This document shows, piece by piece, positions 25,721-33,995 of a stretch of 39,579 nucleotides of DNA. Position 1 is the stretch's first letter; each line of letters opens with the position of its first letter. Made by a program: the position numbers and the translations under genes. Under the pieces are notes generated by a model. That model was not told the origin of the DNA, ran no database searches, and was given only the letters and a program-made list of their open reading frames with translations. Source of the DNA: an uncultured Victivallales bacterium (lineage in GTDB: Bacteria; Verrucomicrobiota; Lentisphaeria; Oligosphaerales; JAFGRS01); assembly GCA_903933565.1 (NCBI GenBank), contig CAIZKT010000170.1:1-39579 (forward strand), given 5' to 3'.

Positions 25721-26767
25721 CTACGGCGCCGTCGGCGGCTTGGGCACGTCGGCCTCGGTCGGGGTCAGGCCGAGAAGCTGGAACAGGCACCCGGCCAGCT
25801 TCGGCTTCTCCGTCCAGTACACGTTCATCTTCAGTTCGCCCTGCGCATCGAAGAACAGCGCGTACGGTTTGAATGGGACTTTCAGGAGCATGCTCAACTG
25901 GTTGGTCGGGTCGGCAAGGACGGTGCCACTGAGCTTGTTCTGCGTGGCAAAGGTGTGGACCTCGGCGTCGGTGCCGATGACGATGTAGACCAGATGCACC
26001 CGATCCTTGAGCCGGGGCCAGGTGAGCAGCTCCTCCGTGGCCGCGGCCATCTCCGGGCAGCGCTGGCTGCGCGGTGAACAGAAGACCAGCACCAGGGGCT
26101 TGTCCCCTAATGCGGTTGAATCGAAGTCGTTTCCGTTAAGGTCTTTGGACTTGAGCGGTGGCAGCTTGGCACCGGGCGTCAGGATCTTCTGCTCCAGATT
26201 GACCGTGTACCCCTTAGGCGGTCCGGCGGGCGGCTTCATGGTCTGGGTGCCGGCGGCGGCGGCGACACTGCTCATCAGGATGAGGACGGCCTGCTGAACC
26301 TGCTGCGGGTCCTTGCCGCGCAGGAAGCTGAGCAGCGGCTCGATATCCACCACCTGCTCGCCGACGCGCCACTCGCGCAGCGGCACCAGGTCCACCACCT
26401 GGCCGCGGGCGTCGTAGCAGACCAGGTACTCGACCTGGCTGCCGAGCCCTTCGGGCAGGATCGACTTGACGTGGCTGACCATACCCAGGCTGCGCTCGCC
26501 GCTGAGCAAGGCAAAATTCCGCACCTCGAATCCGGACGCGTGCATGCGCACGTCGGCCTTGAACTCGAGCCGGAACGGTCCCGGCGCCGTCTTTGCCTCG
26601 GGGAACAGCCGCAGGGCCTGGTCGAGCATGCCGGGCTCGGCCGTCAGGTTCTGACCGCGCGCGGCGAGGGGAAGGATCAGGAGCAACAGTGCCAGCCCCA
26701 GGCGCGTCCCCACTGTTGTTCTCGGTCCGACGTCCCGGTAACCTTGGTCTGGCATCGGTCGCTTCAC
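25721..26767 (-). CDS. Secreted two-domain protein with C-terminal TlpA/ResA-like thioredoxin fold carrying an atypical C-X6-C
   Basis: GTG start preceded by GAGGAGGAG with a 6-nt spacer. The signal peptide is GTRLGLALLLLILPLAARGQ. The C-terminal layout is SKDLNGNDFDSTALGDKPLVLVFCSPRSQRCPEMAAATEEL ... VHLVYIVIGTD ... VLADPTNQL ... KPYALFFDAQGEL. This is the TlpA-like order, but FCSPRSQRCPEM replaces the canonical WCxxC. Confidence 0.7.
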   Translation of the reverse strand: MKRPMPDQGYRDVGPRTTVGTRLGLALLLLILPLAARGQNLTAEPGMLDQALRLFPEAKTAPGPFRLEFKADVRMHASGFEVRNFALLSGERSLGMVSHVKSILPEGLGSQVEYLVCYDARGQVVDLVPLREWRVGEQVVDIEPLLSFLRGKDPQQVQQAVLILMSSVAAAAGTQTMKPPAGPPKGYTVNLEQKILTPGAKLPPLKSKDLNGNDFDSTALGDKPLVLVFCSPRSQRCPEMAAATEELLTWPRLKDRVHLVYIVIGTDAEVHTFATQNKLSGTVLADPTNQLSMLLKVPFKPYALFFDAQGELKMNVYWTEKPKLAGCLFQLLGLTPTEADVPKPPTAP

Positions 26768-26937
26768 GGCTGACTCCTCCTCTCGCGGATTCCCGCGCGG
26801 TCTTCTACGCTGCGCTTCCTAACATAGCACGGACATCTCGGCTCCACCGCCACCCCACCCGAGCTGAAGTGAGGTACTGGGATCCGACCGCGTGGTCATC
26901 TCTGGTCCAATCGAGCGTTTCTGAGATCAGCTGGGTG

Positions 26938-27591
26938 TCAGCGCGGATGAGGGGCTTCCGGGTCGTTGTTCTGTCCCTCCCGGTCGACCAGTCCGGGCGC
27001 CGGGAGGACGGTACGGATCGTCACGGTTCGGTCGAGCCCACGGCGGCTGAATGTCACCCCGAGATCCACGGCGAACCAGGGTTCCGTCGTCGGCTGCGCC
27101 ACGGTAGCTTCCCAGCGGAAGCGGTCGAATTCCTTGCCAAAAACGCCGGCACGCTTGCCTGGGGCCAGGCGCGCGTCTTTCTCGAGGTCGAGCATGACGG
27201 TGCGCGCCAGCAGGGCAGCCTGAGTGTAGTCTTCGGCCGTGCCGGTGTTGCGCAGACAGAGACCGAATCCGTCAAGCAGCACCACCAGCAACACCGCGCC
27301 CACCGCCGCGGCTACCAGCACCTCGAGCAGTGTGAACGCAACCGCGCGCCGGTCCCCCGGCGTTACCCCGCCAGGACGGCGCGGGATTGGCGATGCGCGG
27401 TGGCGGTGTCGGCGCCCAGCCGGAAGATCAGCCCAGACTTCAGCCGGGTCCAGGTGACGCCCAACGGGCGCGGCAGCCCCCGGCCCGGACGAGCCAGGGG
27501 CGGATACCGAATACCGAGTGACGGACGCTGAATAGCGAAGCGGCGGGGGGCTGGGGCTCTCGGACGAGGACCTTGGACATTCGGCAATCAT
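26938..27591 (-). CDS. GspI-like minor pseudopilin with an unusually long (85-aa) N-terminal leader
   Basis: Prepilin-type motif AFTLLEVLVAAAVGAVLLVVLL, then a GspI-like body (EDYTQAALLARTVMLDLE ... FRWEATV ... VDLGVTFS ... TVTIRTVL). ATG 27591 overlaps the upstream stop as ATGA. I found no in-frame ATG/GTG/TTG between 27591 and the Phe codon at 27334-27336. Confidence 0.7.
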   Translation of the reverse strand: MIAECPRSSSESPSPPPLRYSASVTRYSVSAPGSSGPGAAAPVGRHLDPAEVWADLPAGRRHRHRASPIPRRPGGVTPGDRRAVAFTLLEVLVAAAVGAVLLVVLLDGFGLCLRNTGTAEDYTQAALLARTVMLDLEKDARLAPGKRAGVFGKEFDRFRWEATVAQPTTEPWFAVDLGVTFSRRGLDRTVTIRTVLPAPGLVDREGQNNDPEAPHPR

Positions 27592-28079
27592 CGCGGTTTG
27601 ATCCGGGCCAGGCTGCCGCCGGCGGCGATCTCGATGTGCTGTTGCGCGCCGGTGTCATCGCTCAACACGAACAACAGTTCGTCCATGCCGCCCCACGGGG
27701 CGACGTCCCAGGCGACCTCAACGCCAGGGGTCAATTCCTGGCGATTGCGCACCACGCGCACCAGGCTGACGCCCGGCGGCAGTACCCACCGTCCGAGGCG
27801 CCCCTCGATCGGCTCAAGCACGACCGGGGCTGCGGGCGGCGACGCGATCTTCGCGACCCGCAGGCTGCGCCTGTCGGCGCTCAGAATTAGGCGGCACTCG
27901 GCGCCAGTGCTCGCCGCCAGGTCGCGGGTGGCGTTATGCACGATCATCACCTGTCGCGCGCTCTGCGCCAGGCGCAGGCTGCGGTAGAACTCGCCCAACC
28001 GCGGGGTACTGATGGCCAGCACGACGCTGACCATGCAGACCACCACCATCAGTTCGAGAAACGTGAACTGTTTTGTCAT
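27588..28079 (-). CDS. GspH/FimT-like minor pseudopilin
   Basis: MTKQFTFLELMVVVCMVSVVLAISTPRLGEFYRSLRLAQSARQVMIVHNATRDLA. ATG 28079 overlaps the gspF stop as ATGA. The track's 344-aa version (to 28622) is an out-of-context N-terminal extension lying over gspF. Confidence 0.75.
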   Translation of the reverse strand: MTKQFTFLELMVVVCMVSVVLAISTPRLGEFYRSLRLAQSARQVMIVHNATRDLAASTGAECRLILSADRRSLRVAKIASPPAAPVVLEPIEGRLGRWVLPPGVSLVRVVRNRQELTPGVEVAWDVAPWGGMDELLFVLSDDTGAQQHIEIAAGGSLARIKPR

Positions 28080-29347
28080 CGCACCGCCGTCGACATCTGA
28101 AAGATCGGCAAGAGCATCGCCATGATCACAAAACCGACCAACACTCCCATCACCAGGATCATGGCTGGTTCCAGCAGGGTCGTCAGCGTCCGGATGCGCA
28201 GGTCCGCTTCGCGCCGGTAGTATTGGCCGCAGTTTTCGAGCATCTCGGGGAGATTGCCGCTCTGCTCGCCGGCCCCGGCCATGCTTACTGCCAGCGCGGG
28301 GAAGAAGAACGGATAGCGCCGCAGCGCAACGGAGAGCGCCGCGCCCGCCTGGACGTCCTGTCGTATGCGTTCCAGCGCCGCGCTCAATCCCTTGTTGCCG
28401 GCCACTTCGCTCGCCGCTCCCAGGGCCGGGACCATGGGTACGCCGTTGCGCAGCAGCATGCCGAGGGTGAGCGCGAATCGCGTCAGGGCCAGTTCCCGTG
28501 CCAGCACCCCAAGCAGCGGCAAGCGGAAGAGGAGACGATCCCACCGCCGCTGGCCGGCCGCCGAGTGCAGCGTTCCCCAGCCCAGCGACGCCACGACGGC
28601 GACCCCGGTCAGCCAGGCCCACCAGCCATGCACCAACCAGCGGCTGCCAGTCAGCAGCACCCGCGTGGGCAGCGGCAGGGCGGCGCCCATCTCTGCAAAG
28701 ACGCCCGAGAAACGGGGCACGACAAAGGTCAGCAGCACGACGATCGACAGGATCATGACCGCAAACATGATGGCCGGATAGGTCATGGCGCCCTTGAGAC
28801 GGTCGCGCAGTTCCGCGTCCTTCTCGAGGCTTTCGCCGATGCGGGTCAGGGTCGGGGCCAGGGCGCTGGCGACTTCGCCGGCCCGGACGGTGTGCCGGTA
28901 GAGTTGGCTGAAGTGCTGCGGATACGCATCGAGCGCGCTGGACAGCGGCTGGCCCTCGCGCACCTGCCGGGCCAAGTCGCTCAGAAGCTGGCCGAGCTCG
29001 AGGGTGCCTGCCTGGTCGGCCAGCACGGTCAACGCCTTGTCCACCGTCAGCTCTGCCCGCAGCAGGGCTGCAAACTGGAGCGTGGCGTGGGTGATATCGC
29101 GGCGGCAGACGCCGCGCCGCGAGCCGGTCCGTGCCGCCAGCGCGGCTGCCGCCCGTAGCCGCAGCGGCGCCAGGTGTTGCAGTCGGAGCGCAGCCATGGC
29201 CTCGGCATCCGAGCCGGCCGCCAGCTCGCCCTCGACAACCTGGCCGGATGCGTTGACCGCCTTGTATGAGTATCCGCCCACAGGCACAACCCCCTCTGGC
29301 TCCCCGGAGCGCCGGGTCCGGTCGGGAACGCGCTTGACCACGGCCAC
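28076..29347 (-). CDS. gspF: Type II secretion / type IV pilus inner-membrane platform protein GspF/PilC family
   Basis: Duplicated T2SSF architecture. It has the GspF N-terminus pattern YSYKAVNASGQVVEGELAAGSDAEAMAALRLQHLAPL, three hydrophobic segments, and the ending ILVMGVLVGFVIMAMLLPIFQMS. It starts immediately after the gspE stop. Confidence 0.9.
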   Translation of the reverse strand: MAVVKRVPDRTRRSGEPEGVVPVGGYSYKAVNASGQVVEGELAAGSDAEAMAALRLQHLAPLRLRAAAALAARTGSRRGVCRRDITHATLQFAALLRAELTVDKALTVLADQAGTLELGQLLSDLARQVREGQPLSSALDAYPQHFSQLYRHTVRAGEVASALAPTLTRIGESLEKDAELRDRLKGAMTYPAIMFAVMILSIVVLLTFVVPRFSGVFAEMGAALPLPTRVLLTGSRWLVHGWWAWLTGVAVVASLGWGTLHSAAGQRRWDRLLFRLPLLGVLARELALTRFALTLGMLLRNGVPMVPALGAASEVAGNKGLSAALERIRQDVQAGAALSVALRRYPFFFPALAVSMAGAGEQSGNLPEMLENCGQYYRREADLRIRTLTTLLEPAMILVMGVLVGFVIMAMLLPIFQMSTAVR

Positions 29348-31024
29348 TCAGAGCTGGGTTACCCGCAGCACCTCCGCGGCCGTGGTCAACCCCTGCCGGA
29401 CTTTGTCTGCCCCGTCCTTCAGCATGGTAGCCATGCCCTGTTGGCAGGCCAGCTCGCGCAGTTGGTTGAGGGCCGTCTGAGCGCAGAGCAGCGGCCGTAT
29501 GGCCTCAGTGATTTCGAACAGCTCATAGACCCCGAGGCGGCCGCTGAACCCGGCGCCGTGACATTCGTCGCAACCGACGCCCACCTGGACTGAGGTCGGC
29601 AGCGGTTCCCCGACGGCCTCGAACAGCAGACGCTCCGTTTCGGCCGGGGCGCGGGACGTCTGGCAATAGGAGCAGATCCGGCGCACCAGCCGCTGGGAGA
29701 GCACCGCGTTGAGTGAGGCCGCCAGCAGATACGTGGGGATGCCCATGTCCGTCAGTCGAGTCAGGGCACTCACCGCGTCGTTGGTGTGCAAGGTTGAGAA
29801 GACCAGGTGTCCGGTCAGGGCGGCGCGGATGGCGATTTCCGCCGTCTCGGTGTCGCGGACCTCACCCACCATGGCGATGTCCGGGTCCATCCGCAGAATG
29901 CTGCGTAACCCGACCGAAAACGTGAGCCCGACCTGGGGGTTGACATGGATCTGCAGCACGCCTGCAAGGTGATACTCGACCGGGTCTTCGATGGTGATGA
30001 TTTTGATCTGCTGGGACTTGATGCTGGCCAGGGCCGCGTAGAGCGTGGTGGTCTTGCCGCTGCCCGTAGGGCCCGTCACGAGAACCAGGCCGTAAGGCCG
30101 TGCGATCTGTCGCCGGAACGCCGCCAGCACCGCGTCTGGGAACCCGAGGCGGGCCAGATCGAGATTGAGACTGCCCTCATCGAGGATCCGCAGGACCACA
30201 CCCTCGCCGTGCAACGCCGGGACGGTCGCGATGCGCACGTCGTAGGGCCGGTCCATCAGGCGCAGGCCGATGCGGCCGTCGAGCGGCAGGCGGTGCTCGG
30301 CGATGTTCAGACCGGCCATGATCTTCAGGCGCGAAACCAGTGCCGGGTACGTCGCCGCCGGCACGCGGGCCACCTCGTGCAGGACCCCGTCCACGCGGTT
30401 GCGGACCACGGCTTCGGTCTCGCCCGGCTCGAGATGAATGTCGCTGGCACCTTCGGCTACGGCCTGCATCAGCAGGAGATTGACCTGCTTGATGACCGGC
30501 GCTTCGTTGGCCAGCTCGGCCAGGGAGCGGTCGTCGCGGGCGGCGGCTCCCGTGGGCTGTGTCTCAACGCCGCCGGGCACGGTCTCGCCGCTGGCGCTCT
30601 GCTTGCACCACTCTCGGGCCCGCTCCATCTTGGCGCGGCTGACAAGCACCGGCCGCACCAGCCATCCGGTTACCTGCCGACAGCGGTCGAGCGATTCGAC
30701 GGCCTCGAGGTCGACGACGGCCACGAGCACGCGCTCACCCTCCCGCTTCAGGGGCAGGAACTCCTGGCTGTCGCGTAAGTCCGGGGGCAACGCTCGCCAG
30801 CACTCAGGGTCGAGGCCCTTGACCCCGTCCAGATCGAGCCATTCGACGCCGTACTCCGCTGCGACCGCGGGGAGCAGAGCATCCTCGCGGATGTGCCCGC
30901 CTTGCAGGAGGGCATCGAGGAGCGTGCGGTCGCCGCTCACCGCCAGGGCTTCGAGCTCGCGCAGGCGTTTGCCGTCGAGCCAGCCCTTGGCAAGGATCAG
31001 TTCTTTGAGTGTTTCGCGGTGCAT
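29348..31024 (-). CDS. gspE: Type II secretion ATPase GspE/PilB family
   Basis: Walker A is GPTGSGKTTTLYA. The Asp box/Walker B region is IITIEDPVEY ... MVGEVRD. The His box is GHLVFSTLHTN. The tetracysteine motif is CSYCQ ... CDECHGAG. There is an N-terminal T2SSE_N-like domain. Confidence 0.95.
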   Translation of the reverse strand: MHRETLKELILAKGWLDGKRLRELEALAVSGDRTLLDALLQGGHIREDALLPAVAAEYGVEWLDLDGVKGLDPECWRALPPDLRDSQEFLPLKREGERVLVAVVDLEAVESLDRCRQVTGWLVRPVLVSRAKMERAREWCKQSASGETVPGGVETQPTGAAARDDRSLAELANEAPVIKQVNLLLMQAVAEGASDIHLEPGETEAVVRNRVDGVLHEVARVPAATYPALVSRLKIMAGLNIAEHRLPLDGRIGLRLMDRPYDVRIATVPALHGEGVVLRILDEGSLNLDLARLGFPDAVLAAFRRQIARPYGLVLVTGPTGSGKTTTLYAALASIKSQQIKIITIEDPVEYHLAGVLQIHVNPQVGLTFSVGLRSILRMDPDIAMVGEVRDTETAEIAIRAALTGHLVFSTLHTNDAVSALTRLTDMGIPTYLLAASLNAVLSQRLVRRICSYCQTSRAPAETERLLFEAVGEPLPTSVQVGVGCDECHGAGFSGRLGVYELFEITEAIRPLLCAQTALNQLRELACQQGMATMLKDGADKVRQGLTTAAEVLRVTQL

Positions 31025-31056
31025 GTTCGATCTACGTCAGCACGATTACGTCCGGG

Positions 31057-31497
31057 CTACTCGAGAGCCCGCCAGATGGACTCCGGCACCTGCCGCGGCG
31101 CGCGCACGCCGACCACCGGCCGGTACTTGACCTCGCAACCTTCCTGATATTTCTCCAGTTGCCCCTGCCGCGCCAAGGCACGGACCAGCACCGGCAGATC
31201 GTCCACTGTCTGCAACTCTGGCAACCTGGCCATCTCGACGAGAGTCAGGCCCGGATGCCGCAACAGGACGAGGTAGACCTGGCGCAGATCATCAGACAGA
31301 TCGATGGCCGCCAGCAGTCCGCCCGTCGCTGCCGGTGGGCGGGTATAAGCAGCGGCGTCCGGCACCGGCGCGGGCGGTGGCGGCGGCGCCGCCGTTCCCG
31401 GCGCAGCCTCGGCCGCCTGCAGGTGCCGGATGACGTCGTCCAAGCGCACGCGCAAGGCCTGCAGTTCCGCTACCAGATGGGTGCGTTCTTCCGTCAC
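31057..31497 (-). CDS. Coiled-coil / Pro-rich linker / winged-helix (MarR-like) protein, unknown function
   Basis: The preferred start is GTG 31497, 4 nt after the ParA-like stop. The track start at 31587 would overlap that gene by 86 nt. Parts: N-terminal helix TEERTHLVAELQALRVRLDDVIRHLQAAE; linker AAPPPPPAPVPDAA; wHTH-like LRQVYLVLLRHPGLTLVEMARLPELQTVDDLPVLVRALARQGQLEKYQEG.EVKYR. Confidence 0.6.
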   Translation of the reverse strand: MTEERTHLVAELQALRVRLDDVIRHLQAAEAAPGTAAPPPPPAPVPDAAAYTRPPAATGGLLAAIDLSDDLRQVYLVLLRHPGLTLVEMARLPELQTVDDLPVLVRALARQGQLEKYQEGCEVKYRPVVGVRAPRQVPESIWRALE

Positions 31498-31501
31498 GGT
31501 A

Positions 31502-32254
31502 TTACTCTGCTTGCAGCGCGGCCACCACGTGGAGGAGCTCCTGGGCCCAGGGCTCGCGCGGCGACACGCGCAGACACAGGTCCGCACTTCCCAGTTCGAG
31601 CAATTTCGGGCTCAGGGGCAGCACTCCGACGACCGGACAGCCGAAGACCTCTTCGGCCTGGCGTCGCACCTGGGCCGGATCGTGGGCCGCCGAAACTTTG
31701 TTGATCACCAGCAACAGGCGGCGAGCCCGCAAGCGCCGCGCCACCTCGACGGTGACGCTTGTGCCCTGGAAATCCTGTTGATCGGGCCGCAACACCACCA
31801 GCACCAGGTCGGCGACGGCAATGGACAGAAGCGTCTCCTCATTCAGCCCCGGGTGCGTATCGATGAGCAGGTGCTGCAACTCCAATTTCGTCAGCAGCTC
31901 GCGGAACCCCTGGTTGAGGCGGCCGACGTCGTATCCCTGTTTGAGGACTTGCGCAATGTCGCTCATGTTCATGCTGCTGGGGATCAGGAACAGGCGTTGC
32001 GGGGGCAGCCCGACAGCGGCCGATACGTCTCGGGCCACGGCCTCGATGGGGGCCCGGCCCCAGAGGAAGTCGTTGAGGGTCTGAGCGGCCGGTGGCTGAC
32101 CCCCCAGCAGCACATGGATGCCCGGCGACTGGATGTCGGTATCAATCACGCCGACGCGGCGGCCAGCGCCAGCCAGGGCATAGCCGAGGTTTGCGGTGAT
32201 GTTCGATTTGCCGGTGCCGCCACGGAACGAGTGTATAGCAATGATCTTACTCAT
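31502..32254 (-). CDS. ParA/MinD-family P-loop ATPase embedded in the secretion operon
   Basis: MSKIIAIHSFRGGTGKSNITANLGYALAGAGRRVGVIDTDIQSPG carries a deviant Walker A with Arg in place of the signature Lys. Walker B-like is LLIDTHPG. The ATG overlaps the gspD stop by 8 nt. Confidence 0.85.
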   Translation of the reverse strand: MSKIIAIHSFRGGTGKSNITANLGYALAGAGRRVGVIDTDIQSPGIHVLLGGQPPAAQTLNDFLWGRAPIEAVARDVSAAVGLPPQRLFLIPSSMNMSDIAQVLKQGYDVGRLNQGFRELLTKLELQHLLIDTHPGLNEETLLSIAVADLVLVVLRPDQQDFQGTSVTVEVARRLRARRLLLVINKVSAAHDPAQVRRQAEEVFGCPVVGVLPLSPKLLELGSADLCLRVSPREPWAQELLHVVAALQAE

Positions 32255-33920
32255 GGTCCTGCGCCTGCTCCGACTTTAGCGCCTCGATGTGCTTGGCCCT
32301 CGCGGCCTCCTCTTGGGTCAACCGCGTGCCCTCGTCACTGGTGGCCACCACGTACGGAGTGATGAATACCAAGAGCTCGGTCCGTTCCTTCCGCCGATTT
32401 TGGCTGCCCAGCAGCCAACCCAGCCCGGGGATACGGGACAGGTACGGGATGCCGGTCTGGTCACTCCGCGAGGTCGCCCCGATCAGACCGCCGATCACCA
32501 GCGTGTCGCCGTCCTTGACGATGACGCTGGTCTGGGCTTCGCGCTTGCCGATCAGCGGCGCGCGGACGTTGCCCGGGAACTCGATTTCAGAAAGGACGCT
32601 GGTGATCAGCATCGTTATGTCCAGGGCGACATCGCGGTCGACGTTAATGCGCGGCGTCACCTCCAGATTGATACCCACATCCTTGTAGACAAAATCGCTG
32701 ACCGTCTTGCCCGCGCCAGCCTCCTGGCCGAGGTCTGTAACCGACTTCAGAATCGGCTGCTCCTGGCCGACCGTGATCTTGGCCTTCTGGTTGTCGGTGG
32801 TGAGCAGCCGCGGACAAGAAAGGATAGTGATCTTGCCATCGGTGGCCAAGGCATGGATCAGGCCTTCGAAGTTCTCCCGCGTCAAGGTGACGGCAAGCGA
32901 CGGATCGGTCAGCGAGCGGCCCGCGGCAACCTTGATCACGGTCTTGTTGCCGCTGGCAAGGTACTTGGTGATCGCGGTCGAGAAGCCTGTAGTCTCGGTG
33001 AAGGAGGCCTCGACGATGCGGGCCTCGATGAGCACCTGCAGGCGTCGGACGTCAAGACTCTCGATGGTCTGCAGGATGTCCGTATGCAACGCCGGGCTGG
33101 CCGTAACGATTATGGAGTTGGCCGCCTCAACCGGCGTCAACCTGACGTCGCCCGTCGCCCCGCCCGGCGCCCCGCCTGCCGCCGTCTGCCCCGCCTGCCG
33201 TCCCGTGTACACCTTCTCGAGAGCGTCTCCGAGGTCCTTGGCCTTCATGTAGCGCACGGGGTAAACGACCGTAGTGGTGGCGGCTTCCTGGGCCGGTTTT
33301 TCCTTGTCAAGCAGGCCTGCCAGCAGCACCAGGCGGCGGATGTTGCTGGCTATGTCGGTCACCACCAGCGCGTTGGTGTTGTCGTTGGCGAACGAGTGCC
33401 CGCTGCTCGACACCAAGGGCCGCAAGGCCTCAAGAAGCTGCTTCGCCTCGACATGGACCACCGGCACAACCTGGGTGATGACGCGATCCTCGTCGGGGAT
33501 CGAGTCCACCTCGCTGCCGTAGCGGACCTCGACGGGCTTCTGCACCGCGTCGGTCTTCTTGACCACCTTCAGGAGCTTCTCGGTCCGGATCAGGGTAAGC
33601 CCGTGCGCGTCGAGCACCGCCTCCAACACCAGGAAGGCGTCGTCCATGCTCAGACTCTTCGGCGCGAAGACCGTCACTTTGGTCTTGACGTCGTCACCCA
33701 TCACCGTCACCAGCCCGTTGAGCTTACCCATCAGGTTGACGAACGATGCCAGCTCGACGTCGCGCAAGTCCAGGGTGAGCCGGCCGTCGGTGTCGGCACG
33801 GACGGGGACCGGTTCCGTCGGCGGAACCCCCGCTTCCTGAGCCCACGCCACGCCGACGCACGCCAGTAGGAGGTACGACCACGCCAAGAGGCAGCCAAGC
33901 TGATGCCATTGCGTACGCAT
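32247..33920 (-). CDS. gspD: Outer-membrane secretin GspD/PilQ family
   Basis: Signal peptide LGCLLAWSYLLLACVGVAWAQE. N0/N1-type repeats are present (VELASFVNLMGKLNGLVTVMGDDV ...). The C-terminal secretin domain reads ...VIVKDGDTLVIGGLI ... GIPYLSRIPGLGWLLGS ... ELLVFITPYVV. Confidence 0.9.
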   Translation of the reverse strand: MRTQWHQLGCLLAWSYLLLACVGVAWAQEAGVPPTEPVPVRADTDGRLTLDLRDVELASFVNLMGKLNGLVTVMGDDVKTKVTVFAPKSLSMDDAFLVLEAVLDAHGLTLIRTEKLLKVVKKTDAVQKPVEVRYGSEVDSIPDEDRVITQVVPVVHVEAKQLLEALRPLVSSSGHSFANDNTNALVVTDIASNIRRLVLLAGLLDKEKPAQEAATTTVVYPVRYMKAKDLGDALEKVYTGRQAGQTAAGGAPGGATGDVRLTPVEAANSIIVTASPALHTDILQTIESLDVRRLQVLIEARIVEASFTETTGFSTAITKYLASGNKTVIKVAAGRSLTDPSLAVTLTRENFEGLIHALATDGKITILSCPRLLTTDNQKAKITVGQEQPILKSVTDLGQEAGAGKTVSDFVYKDVGINLEVTPRINVDRDVALDITMLITSVLSEIEFPGNVRAPLIGKREAQTSVIVKDGDTLVIGGLIGATSRSDQTGIPYLSRIPGLGWLLGSQNRRKERTELLVFITPYVVATSDEGTRLTQEEAARAKHIEALKSEQAQDHE

Positions 33921-33995
33921 GTCTGTGCTCTAGCCCTTTCGCCGCCCTTGCCGACCTCGCCTCGAGACCGCCGCCGCGGGGGCCACGGCGGACCA

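Noticed and set aside
27588-28622. 344-aa version of the H-like pseudopilin ORF. The same problem applies to the 449-aa version of gspK (to 37976), the 234-aa J-like version (to 38199), the 156-aa gspG version (to 38566) and the 176-aa wHTH version (to 31587).
   Set aside because: The N-terminal extensions overlap the preceding genes in another frame and are Arg/Gly/Pro-rich. Internal ATG/GTG codons place the prepilin or GspK N-terminal motif at the expected distance from the start and create ATGA-type coupling with the upstream stop.
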